NCBI RefSeq assembly: GCF_030684315.1
Contig: NC_081396.1
Span: 4,650,001-4,714,000 of the forward strand
Reading direction: 5' to 3'
DNA length: 64,000 nucleotides
From: Stegostoma tigrinum
Lineage: Eukaryota
Position numbers and translations under genes: made by a program. A model generated the notes under the pieces. That model saw nothing but the letters and a program-made list of their open reading frames with translations, was not told the origin of the DNA and ran no database searches. Numbering within the stretch: position 1 is the first letter of the stretch; each line of letters begins with the position of its first letter. Below are positions 25,552-36,768 of this stretch, piece by piece.

Positions 25552-25866
25552 GTCCAAACGGTGGTGTAACTCCGACTGTTCTTCTTACTGTGAGTTCCAG
25601 TGAAGAAATCGAGAGCAGGAAAGTTGCAACGTTAGTCTGCTCAATCTTTCACTTCAGTCCAAAGGAAATCTCCGTGGTTTGGTTGAAAAATGGAAGAGTG
25701 GTTAATTCTGGTGTCTTCACTTCTCCTGTGTGTGAAGCGAATGGAAACTTCTCAACGACCAGTCAGCTGAGAGTGTCTTCTGGTGAATGGTTCGACAGAG
25801 CAGTCTACACATGCCAGGTCGAACATGAAGGGCACAGTCAAAGTCACAACATCACCGGACCTCAGG
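25552..25866 (+). CDS. IGHM: IgM Cmu2 exon ([30 protein letters not shown]...[20 protein letters not shown])
   Basis: AG at 25550-25551, donor GTAAGA at 25867, phase 1 at both ends, open C1-set domain. Confidence 0.95.
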
Positions 25867-26129
25867 GTAAGAGATGCATTCTGACAGAAATGATACTAAT
25901 TGTGACCGCTGATGCAAAACAAAACACTTAATTTATCCAGCGGAGGGAAAAGCATGAAACAAGTTCTAATTGAGATCATGCAGTGTGTAACTCAATTCAT
26001 TGTGAGTTTTACGGAAGCATTGTTCATAATTCAAATCAGAGAAAGGTGCTTCCCTCTTTATTGACGACATATGAGAGTTTACGAGATTCATTTGTTGTTT
26101 GACAATACTTGGAGAGGGAGTGGAAATGC

Positions 26130-26560
26130 AGAATCCATTGCTGGTAACGACCTCAAGGATAAGGGATTTGTGGGGAGGGGACCCATGGAGAAGTGATCTC
26201 ATTGAAACGTAGGAAACACTGACAGATCGAGACAGGGTGTATGTGGAGAAGCTGTTTTCACGAATATGTTGACGAGGACCCAACGACAAACCCTCAGAGT
26301 CAAAGTGAGGACCATATAGAACTGAAACAAAGAGGAGAATCTTTATCCAGGGAGTGATGAATCCATGGATCTCTCTGCCCCAGGGAGCTGTGGAAGTAAA
26401 GTCATTGAGATCATTTACGATAGGGGTAGATTGGCTGTGCTCAGTACCGGGAGAAGGCGGAACAATGGGTTTGAGACACACATCAGCCATGATCGAATGA
26501 CACAGCAGACTTGATTGAAGCTTCTGATTCTGCTCCGAAATCTTTCGGTTTTGTGGTCGG
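26130..26560 (+). mobile_element. Decayed CR1-type LINE 3' fragment in Cmu2-Cmu3 intron
   Basis: Resembles 48750-49170. Confidence 0.55.
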
Positions 26561-27765
26561 AAGATGACATAGTAATATGTGATGTCAATAATATTTGAAA
26601 ATAAAACATAATGCGTTCAGTACTTTGTTCGAAGATCAGGAATTACCCGTTGACCTTGAGCAGTGGGCTACAATTTTTTACGTGTATTGAGGTTCTTTAA
26701 CTTCTATCATGGCATCAAAACAGAGACCAAGTGAGAATAAAATTTGATTAACAGAGATAAACTTGATCTCATCGAGACGACTTTAGACGCTTTCTGCCAT
26801 TAATTGATGTGGCAGCACGATAAATTCTGGTGGTAAGTAAAGTGAATCAACTAAACATTAGCGCGGCAATACCTTAGCCTGGTTTCAGGATGGATATGTT
26901 TAAGCAGTGAGTAGTGGGTGTATGAAAATTACCAGTGTAAATATCAGGTGAGTTTGCACCTTAATAGAAACTCTCCCTCTTGGTTTTATTTTTATTCTGT
27001 GAAAACATTTAAAATTGCAGTTAGATTAAAAAAATGAAAAAAGATCCCATTCATTATCTGAGTGAGTAGCACATGGTGGAGGGAAGGCTTGAGGAGACGA
27101 GGGTCCTACTCGATTTCCGATGTTGAATTCTGTGTCTCGTTTTCAGGTCAGCTCCAACTTTGGACAATGAGGAATAATATTTCATGAGATACTTTCGAGA
27201 ACGATCTCACACCAATAATGCAACTTATTTTCCATCGTGACTAAGTTCACCACTCCTAAAACATAGGAAAATATCCATAATTACAAAAAGAATAAGAGAA
27301 TGACTACTTTTGATTACAGGTTTACTGAAATTGTTATTTTTCTCCGCACTCACCATGATCAGCAAAATTTACACACATGTCTCATGAAAGTAGAAATGAA
27401 TTCAGAATATTGATTGGAGATTAGTTCAAAAATATCAATAGTTGGCCTTATGTGAGGTAAGAACTGTGAAAGGTAATAACTCCATGAGTTAAATCATGGT
27501 ACCATTGATTATTATCTTTATCACACAGGATTCACTTGTTTCAAAGCTTGTTTGCTTTGGTAATAATTGCAAAGGAAATTTTATAGGTAATCAACGATGT
27601 TTTCACAAGTCAAAATATATGAACAAAAGTAAATATCGTTGTCGGAATAGTTGGAAGTTGTCCTCTCAAAGGGTTTTTCTACACATTGTGAGTCAATAGG
27701 CTGAACACATGTTTTATTTCACAAGAAGCACTGCTTCATTGATTCTGATTTCTGCTCCATTGTAG

Positions 27766-28071
27766 TTTCAGAGTGCCATGATTACACAGCTAAAATACTA
27801 CCGCCACCAGTTGAACAGGTCTTACTGGAGGCCACGGTGACATTAACCTGCGTTGTGTCCAATCTTCATTTTGAAGCCAACTTCACCTGGATACACGACA
27901 AGAAGACTCTGAAATCAGAACTTGTTGACCAGTCCGGAGAGCATTCCGAAGGTGTGATCAGCAATTTAGATATTTCTACTGAAGCCTGGCTGAGTGGGGA
28001 CACATTTGAATGCGTGGTGAACAATCAGTATCTACCAACTCCACTGAGAGACTCCATCCACAAGGAGAAAT
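27766..28071 (+). CDS. IGHM: IgM Cmu3 exon ([29 protein letters not shown]...[22 protein letters not shown])
   Basis: Acceptor TAG at 27765 (a second in-frame CAG at 27771), donor GTGAGT at 28072. Confidence 0.95.
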
Positions 28072-28523
28072 GTGAGTTAAGAAAGGAAAGCACAAAACAT
28101 TTATAATTTAGATCCAGTTTCATCGATGGCATGTTATGATTGGTATTAAAGTAGCTCCGTTGATGGCACTGAAGATACATTTCCTGACAAGAAAGCAATA
28201 TAAAGAATGAGGGAAAAATAACAATTTGGTTAACTGATATTCTGTCGTGATTATATCAAAAATGGGAAGCAAACTGGAGTTTTGTGATATAAATTCCAGT
28301 AATGACAAATGTACGAAATTTCTGAGTTCTGGGCTGATGACATGCTGATGGCATTTGAACTTTTTTTTGTCATGAATAGAATGGGTACCATTCTGCTCCT
28401 TTAAAAAAAATGAAAGTGAATAAATCCCAAATTAAACATGGAATCGATGAATATTGGGTAAAATCCCAATCCTGTTTCCTCGCTTTTTAAAAATAATTCA
28501 TATTTTATTCAAACATTTTATAG

Positions 28524-28915
28524 TGATAAATCCACTGGAGCCATCGGTGTCGGTCCTCCTGCCAACGACAGAAGAAGTCTCCGCACAAAGGTTTCTTTCC
28601 CTCACCTGTTTAGTGAGAGGCTTCAGGCCGCGAGAGATCTTTGTCAAGTGGACAACCAACGACAAGCCAATTAATCCCAGTAACTACAAGAACACCGAGG
28701 TGACGGCAGAGAGCAACCATACTTCGTTCTTCTTGTACAGCCTATTAACAATTGCTGCGGAGGAGTGGGCCAGCGGTGCTTCTTACTCCTGTGTTGTGGG
28801 ACATGAAGCGATTCCATTGAAGATCATCAACAGAACGGTTGATAAATCCAGTGGTAAACCGAGTTTTGTGAATATTTCGCTTGCACTGATGGACACCATT
28901 AATTCATGCCAATGA
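28524..28915 (+). CDS. IGHM: IgM Cmu4 exon plus secretory tailpiece (…[25 protein letters not shown])
   Basis: Acceptor TAG at 28523; internal membrane-form donor G|GTAAAC at 28854; tailpiece has an NIS glycosylation site and penultimate Cys; stop TGA 28913-28915. Confidence 0.97.
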
Positions 28916-28937
28916 AATTTTAAGGTTACAGTAAAGA

Positions 28938-28947
28938 ATTAAATAAA
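28938..28947 (+). terminator. Secretory-form polyadenylation signal (overlapping ATTAAA / AATAAA)
   Basis: AATAAA at 28942-28947, 27 nt after the stop, followed by a GT/T-rich tract. Confidence 0.8.
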
Positions 28948-31699
28948 AGTAATGAAGTGTTTTCTTTCTTCTAATTGTCATTTAACTAGATAATCGTTTA
29001 ATTTATGGTATTCCCACCTTTCATAATATTCCGCCCTTTCAGTAAAAGTCGACAGTTAGCAAGACTAGGACTCGTGTCTTGTTGAGTTCATGCTCATTAC
29101 TCAGACCAGTCCTTGTTCAGTGACAGACTAAAGCTCAATCATTGCACGATTCAGCAAAGCATCTTCCCCATCGTAAATGTTCCTGCGACAAGAAATGACA
29201 ATGTCTATTCCATCACAAATGGGCATCACGGATTTTGATCTTGGTTTCCCTGATTCCACAATCGCCCATGTCTTGAAAATTCATGCCAACTTTTAAATGC
29301 TCGATTGCACCCGCGTGTAGTATCCCCTTTCGTGACATTTAAATCAATTTTTGATTGTGACACACCAAGAAGGAAGTATTGCTTTGGTTACCAATCATAT
29401 TGAGTTCAGAGTAACTTGAATTTATCCTTTTATCGGTGCTATGCCAGGGATCTCACACCAGTGCATCAGTTAACACAATGCATTTTCAAGTCCACACCAA
29501 ACAGAAGATAAAGAAATGTTGTTATTTCAAACAGAGGGAGAAGGGGGTAGAAAGATTAATGGATGATATGCGGTCTCCTCTTGCCTAGAGTTCACGTTAT
29601 ATGCCCTCTGTAATGTGATTTGTAGCTGACAGGAATAGTCAGCTTATTGCTTACTGGCCAGTGATTCAAATTTTCCATGCAATATAATTCATTTGAAGCG
29701 TATTTTGTACACTTGATCCCGTTAATCATCTGTTAACATTGTTTTTGCGTAATCCAAACGAAACTGGCATTGTTCCAGTTTATTTTCAACAGTTCTGACT
29801 CAAATTCCTGGAACCCGAGGGATCAGTTCTGGGATACAAACACCGGACATCCTTTTCTTACACTTGCTGTGGACATCTTTTACATACAATTTTCTCAGAA
29901 ATGTAATTCGCCGTCTGTAGAATGGTCGGAATTTGATCTGAGGAATTTCATTTCTGAGACAGAAATTCGGTCTTTGCAACAAGAGTTATTCACGTAGCGC
30001 TTATCTGTTCACAACAGTGACAAATGTTCCCTTCACCATCAGGGGCAGAGCTAATCATTGGCAATTGATGATAGTTACAAAACAGTAAAAAAAAACACAG
30101 TCCGGTAGAAGAGCAGAAACAAACACAAATGCTCACAAACGCTCTCACGACACAGATATACAAGCTCTCACCAAAAGGGGCTTGTACAAACATAACTGCC
30201 CATACACATAAGGTGTCACACCTCCATACATATAGAAAGGCATATTTCAATTTGATGTATAAGCTGTCACATAAACTCTGACAAAAAGACAAGTGCATTG
30301 AAAGAAACACACCCAAATAAACATGGTTCACCATGAAAAATCATGGAAAGCATAGCCACACGTTAGCACACAATTGCTCTTTCATGCATATCCATTTATA
30401 ACCATAATACGTACAGACATGCATGTTTAAACACACACATACAATATCCAACATATAGTGCAGAGATAAACTTTAATTCCATTATTATCCCACTTGCAGA
30501 AATATAGACATCTGAGGTAAGAGGCAGCTTAGTTATTTATTTTACAGAACACTTTAATGAACACATCAGAACGGCCATGCATGAACAGAATTTCTGAGTC
30601 TCACAGGCAAACACAGAAGTTTTGATCAATGCACAGTGAGGCATTTGCAATAAAGGGGAAAAGCACAATATCAAGAAACATTCACACCAATAGCACAAAA
30701 AATCATATCAGGAGATGGTTTAGAATGCATTGACATGCAAATAATAACATCACATAAATATAAACATGAATCAATACATGAAGTTACATACGAACATAAC
30801 ACGTTTATGGAACACACACATGAAAATAATTTCAGTCTGGAAGACTCTACAATCGATACTTAAACACACATTTTCAATAGCACTATACAAAAAAAATCAC
30901 AATGTCATGAAAAAATGTTTTATGTATCAACGAATGAAGCAACATATTAACATAGCGTTGCTTACACGTTGTGAAATGAACACAATTTACCGACAAAAGC
31001 ACAAAGATGTGAATGAACATACCGGCACCCATGCAACATGAATATGCTTGGCCATGCATAATCTCCAAAGAGAATACATGTGAAGGAAGATACACTCATA
31101 ACCACATACCCAAACAATAAAGGGAAAAAAAAATACACACCAAGCTGCAGACAAAAAAAACTAAGGGAGAGTTCACAAAATAAAAAAAAAACTTAGCGTA
31201 GACAGATAATGCAAACAAATATATGAAACAATGATCGTACTCTAGATCCAAAATATATTCATGCTTTATCGAGCAATTAATCACACATAAAAAATGAAAG
31301 ATCAGGAGTCACATTTGAACTCATATTCACTGATGACCACAATTTTCAACTGAACAGCTGCCACTGCCTATATTGGAAATACAATTCTATAATTAATATA
31401 ATCGTTACTAATCAGTGAAATGACAACAGAGATTATATTCTCCATTAATATTTTAAATAATGAAATGCGTCAGAATGTTCAGACAAGGCTAACAATGGAA
31501 GAACATGTCCAAATGGGTTTAGCAAGTCATTGCTGGCAGGAAATAACACAACAATAGATGGAGATCAAAAGTCAAATTTAAGAACAACCTGAGAGCTTGA
31601 AGAAGGTGTAACAGTTCTCAATGACAATATTTGGAGAAAGATATATCAGACTGGATCAATGAACAACCTCAACTCGTTGTCTCGCCTTTTTCTTCACAG

Positions 31700-31827
31700 A
31701 CTTGAGAGATCATAATTGGATTGAAGACTCTGAGGATGATAATGGCCACGTATGGACAACTGCTTCTACGTTCATTACCTTGTTCTTCCTGAGCATTTTC
31801 TACAGTGCTGCCGTCACACTGGTCAAG
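31700..31827 (+). CDS. IGHM: IgM TM1 exon (DLRDHNWIEDSEDDNGHVWTTASTFITLFFLSIFYSAAVTLVK)
   Basis: Not in the ORF track. Acceptor TTCTTCACAG at 31699, acidic spacer, conserved WTTASTF…FLS.FYS..VT transmembrane motif, donor GTAAGA at 31828. Confidence 0.96.
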
Positions 31828-31966
31828 GTAAGACAAATGAAATCATTCGCACCTCAATCAGGCCATTGTGCTTTGTGAAATCTGGTTGTGTGTCAATGAA
31901 TTAAAAATAAAACCTGAATGCCCTGAGCATAAATATTTACATCTTTACCTTATCACTCTTTTTCAG

Positions 31967-31975
31967 GTCAAGTGA
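31967..31975 (+). CDS. IGHM: IgM TM2 exon (VK*), completing the KVK cytoplasmic tail
   Basis: TTTTTCAG|GTC AAG TGA. Confidence 0.93.
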   Translation, partial: VK

Positions 31976-32479
31976 ATGAATTTTGTACTCCGTGGGACTT
32001 CCTCATCTGTTCACACAGGCCACTGAACTCCAAAAGTATAATCAGTCATGTGGTTGAATGTAGCAGTGAGATAAATTCAGTTTATGAGTCTGTAAAAGAG
32101 AAAACCTTTGTTGGGTTTTCAATTTGCCTTGCTTGGTAACGTCAAGATAATTAGTTTTTCAATAATTTGTAGCTTCCTAATAGGTTAAGTCAATTTGTTT
32201 TGTTGTTGTTGTTCTTATTCCTGATTCAGAATTGTTGTTCGTCTTCTATGCTGAGTCTGTATTTTCTTTTTCTGATGACTGTTACCGATGAGTGTGAAAT
32301 TCAGAGCTCAGATGGTATGTGTCATCGACTGAATGTGGCATCAAATCATTATGTTCACTTCTGGTAATTTTAACATAAATATTTGGATAAAATGCTGTCT
32401 GAATCAGGAAATATACCGAGACTGACTATGTACAAACCTTGAGTTTGCTTTATTCTTTCTTCAAAGGTCATCAGTAATG

Positions 32480-32932
32480 ACAGTAGAACAATGGTCATGA
32501 TTTTTATAATGACTGGGCAAATGGGTGTGACCTGTGTGCATAACAGGATACAACAATGGACTGTTTGCGCTGAAATCAATCTGCCTCTGGATTATGGCAT
32601 GAGACAGATCGAGTGAAAAATGGGTTTACATTCATGGGCTGCAAGATGGAGAAGCTGAAGATGGAGAAGCTGAAGATGGAGAATTTTCCTAAATTTTACC
32701 GTCCCGCTCTGATTCCAGTCAAATGCTTCAGAATTATATCTGATTGTGTTTCCTGTCGTCATTAGGTTCAAGTTTCTCCATCTTGCAGCCCATTTTTCAC
32801 TCGATCTGTCTAATGACACAATCCAGAGACAGAATGATGACAGCGCAAGCAGGCCATTGTTGTATCCTGTTATGCAGACAAGTCACACCCGTGTGTCCAG
32901 CCCTTGTAAAAATCACAGCAGTTGTTCTGTTG
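32480..32932. repeat. Imperfect inverted repeat (arms about 32480-32655 and 32772-32932), MITE-like
   Basis: GCATAACAGGATACAACAATGG and AGACAGATCGAGTGAAAAATGGG each recur as exact reverse complements. Confidence 0.85.
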
Positions 32933-33142
32933 TGAACCTTGTGAAGGCAGGCAATAGAGTTAGGAAGATTACTTTGTTCTGACTAAAAGCACAAAACCTC
33001 CAAGATCGTTAGACCTTCAGTTACTCACAGATAAATGTCCACCTAAGATGCCCAATTAAAGGTTCATCAGCCAAGAATGTCACATTCGGTCGTGAATACA
33101 GACACATTGAGACCTCTGAGACCCATGACAGAATTCAGCACC

Positions 33143-33153
33143 AATAAAATAAA
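33143..33153 (+). terminator. Candidate membrane-form polyadenylation signal (double AATAAA)
   Basis: First canonical AATAAA I found after TM2 (AATAAAATAAA). A weaker upstream variant could be the one used. Confidence 0.4.
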
Positions 33154-34199
33154 CCGTTCTCGTCATCTGAAACCTGTCCGTTCTGGACATACTGAAGCTT
33201 CTTCTGGTAGTTTGATTTTATTTATCCTGGGGTCTACTCATGTAATATGAATCCATTACGACAACATCTGTTTCAAAACACCAACCAATTAAAATGATCT
33301 TTGGTCAAATCTGATAAATTGGTCAGCCTGGAGCACCAAAGAACTATGTACGTATGTCAGGTATTTTCTTTATTTTCTCAATTTACCATTTAATACTTAA
33401 ACGTGAATATTATACCTCAACAAGAGACTGATGATCACCTTAAATGCATGCAACCATTACCCATGTGCAAATTCACAAAATTAAAATGAATTGCACGCTA
33501 AATTAAATTGGGCACACACGGAGAATCTTCCAAACTATTGGAGCAAGAGTCGCATTCTTTCACAACAGCTGGAATTCTTAAATGGGAAAAATATCTGAAA
33601 GAAACACACAAGAAGATTTACAGTGTGGAAATCTAAACGTCAACAGAAATTGATAGTGTACAAAGCATTACGTTCATACTGACGACAGAAGCAGTGCTGT
33701 TAAATGTGCGAGATGCTCGGACAAATTTCTGTTCCTACTCTGTGACAGACACAGAAATTAATCTCGATCTATCACAACATTTCTTTCAAATCATCTCGCC
33801 AGGCTCATATTTTTTGGAATGTCCCGAATAATCCCGAGGCCACGGCACAGTTTACAGGAAATTTAATTGATTGAACCACTCGCTACTTTAAAATGAGCTT
33901 CACTTTATCTAATTTTGAGTTGTTTCAATTGTCAATTATATTTGACCAGCGTATGAAAGTTTTCCAATCCTTCCTCACTTGGAAGTAATTTCTCACTATC
34001 CAATTCTACTGAAACCATCAGGATTTTCAGAAAATCAGCCATATTGAAAATTGCTGTTCAACAGAGGAGAACAGTCCTGAATTTCCAATATCGGTGAGGT
34101 GCATCATCCGAGGAAACGTGCTGTGATGTTGACATGCGATAGGGTTATTGACATGCCGCTGTCTCCAGACTTCGTATTCATCAAAAAAAAGTGTCCTCT

Positions 34200-34890
34200 G
34201 AAACTGGACGCAGTTTTCCAGGTGAGCTGAGCGACTATTTTATTTAAGTTTAACGTAATTCCTTTCATTTTTACCTCCAGCAGTGTTAATGAAGAAATGC
34301 ATTTTCTGCACTTCCCCCAACATGTCATGGCACATTCACTGATTTGTGCACACAGTCAGGGAGGATCCTCAACAGATCGGATGGCTTGGCAACTCTTTCC
34401 CAAATGCTGAACGTTGAATGGCTTCTCCCCAGTAGCAGTTCGCTGCTGTGTAATGAATTTACAATACTGCCTGAATATCCTTCCACAGGTATGGCAGCAG
34501 AATGGTTTTCCTTCATTTTGAGATGGAACGTATGACAGGGGGATGATGGACATAAAAACATCCTTCCTACACATGAGGCGAGTCAATGACTTCACCAACA
34601 TATAGCTGTGATGATGTTTTCCCAGAGAAGAAAGAATCGAATTCTGCAGTGCCCACATACTCATGGATATTCTGTGGTGCTGGTCTCCTTATGAGTGTGA
34701 TCATGATTTGTAAGCCTGGGTGGATAATTAAATACTCTGCCACAAGTCTGACATCGCCACAGTTTCTTCATTTTGCTGGTGTTCTCTTGCGTCTGCAGTT
34801 TGAATGATCAGTTGAAGTCTCATATACACACACTACACTTAGTTTTGTGCCAATGTGAATATTGCATTTGTTTTAATATCGACAATTGAA
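34200..34890 (-). pseudogene. C2H2 zinc-finger pseudogene
   Basis: KKLWRCQTCGRVFNYPPRLTNHDHTH and GKPFCCHTCGRIFRQ…TGEKPF fragments, broken by frameshifts. Boundaries approximate. Confidence 0.75.
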
Positions 34891-35154
34891 ACCCTTGTCA
34901 CATTCAGTGAGGTTGAAATCTGTCACTGAAATGCATATTTGCCTCAGAGAATTTGCAGTCACACTGACCTTTGAACTGTTATAACACAGACAGGGCAGGC
35001 AAATATTTCACATGTCATATTTAGTGATCAATTACAGTCAGGTCCAGATAATTCAGGCGATTGACAAATTTTAGTGCATTGTTTTGTTTGCATTTCCCAT
35101 CTGAAACTTGCAACACTCTAAAATGAGTTTAGCAAGGACAACAATATAATGCTA

Positions 35155-35340
35155 TGGCTGGAAGAACACAGCAGGCTAGGCAGCATCTTAGGAGCATAAA
35201 AGCTGTCGTTTCAGGCGGAGAATGAAGGGTCCAGGCCCGAAACGTCAGCTTTTGGGCTCCTAAAATGCTGCTTGGTGGGCTGTGTTCATCCAGGACCACA
35301 ATTCGTTATTTCGGATTCTGCAGCATCTGCAGTTCCCATT
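35155..35340. mobile_element. Short palindromic PLE family A 3'-end element
   Basis: GAACACAGCAGGCTAGGCAGCATCT… faces …TGCTGCTTGGTGGGCTGTGTTC around GGCCCGAAACGTCAGC. Confidence 0.8.
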
Positions 35341-35445
35341 GTGTTGTGAGGTAATACTAGTTTCTTTCGGTTGAGATCCAAACTCATTCTAATTATTTCT
35401 TTCCTCAAATCTTAGTGTTTTCCCATCATATCCCATGTTTTGTTT

Positions 35446-36768
35446 CAATTCCATCCCCTATTCCCAATTCCTCCACCTCCGCCACATCTGCTCCCAGGAT
35501 GAGGCATTCCACTCCCGCGCATCCCAGATGTCCACGTTCTACAAAGACCACAACTTTCCCCCTGTGATGGTCGAGAACACCCTAGACTGCGTCTCCTGCA
35601 TTTCCCGCATTTCCCGCAACACGTCCCTCACACCCGGCCCCCGCCACCACCGGCCCAAGAGGATCCCCCTCATTCTTACATACAACCCCAGCAAACTCTG
35701 GATACAACACATCATCCTCCGACACTTCTGTCATCTGCAATCCGACCCCACCACCCAAGCCATTTTTCCATCAACACCCTAGTCTGCCTTCCAGAGAGAC
35801 CACTCTCTCCGTGTCTCCCTTGTCTGCTCCACACTCCCCTTCAATCCCACCACACCCGGCACCTTCCTCTGCAAACGCAGGAAGTCCTACATGAGCCCCG
35901 ACACTTCCTCCCTCACCCCCATCCCAGGCCTCAAGATGATCTTCCATATTAAGCAGATGTTCACTTGCACATCTGCCAATCTGTTATACTGTATCCATTG
36001 TACCCGGTGTGGCATCCTCTACATTGGGGAAACCAAGCTGAGGCTTGGGAACCACTTTGCAGAACACCTCCACTCATTTCGCAATAAATAACTGTACCTC
36101 CCAGTCGCGAACCATTTTAACTCCCCCTCTGGTTCCTCAGACGACATGTCCACCATGGGCCTCCTGCGGTGTCACAATGATGCCACCCGAAGGTTACAAG
36201 AACAGCATTTCATATTCTGCTTGGGAACTCTGCAGCCCAATGGAATCAATGTGGACTTCACAAGCTTCAAAATCTCCCCTTGCCCCACTGCATCCCTAAA
36301 CCAGCCCAGTTCTCCCCCTCCCCCCAGTGCATCACAAAACCAGCCCAGCTCGTCCCCTCCACCCACTGCATCACAAAACCAGCCCAGCTAGTCCCCTCCA
36401 CCCACTGCATCACAAAACCAGACCACCCTGTCTCCGCTTCACTCACCTGTTCTTCCTCTCACCCAGCCCTTCCTCCCACCTCAGAACGCTCCTTCATTTC
36501 CTACCTACTACCTCATCCGACCTCCTTGACCGGTCTATCTTACCCGGACTGACCTTTCCCATCCCTACCTCTCGACCTCTACTCTCCTCTCTACCTATCT
36601 TATTTTCTCTCCATCTTCAGTCTGCCTTCCCCCTCTCCCTATTTATTCCAGAACCCTCTCCCCATCCCCCTCTCTGATGAAGGGTCTAGGCCCGAAACGT
36701 CAGCTTTTGTGCTCCTGAGATGCTGCTTGGCCTGTTGAGTTCATCCAGCTTCACACTTTGTTATTTTG
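35446..36768 (+). mobile_element. 5'-truncated Penelope-like element, family A (RT thumb, GIY-YIG endonuclease, 3' repeat with hammerhead)
   Basis: IPYSQFLHLRHICSQDEAFHSR and FTCTSANLLYCIHCTRCGILYIGETK…FAEH; C-rich tail; CTGATGA…GAAACGTC at 36674-36701. Confidence 0.88.
36671..36704 (+). ncRNA. Minimal hammerhead motif in PLE family A 3' repeat
   Basis: CT-CTGATGA-A-GGGTCTAGGCCC-GAAACGTC-AG; stem I is very short. Confidence 0.6.
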
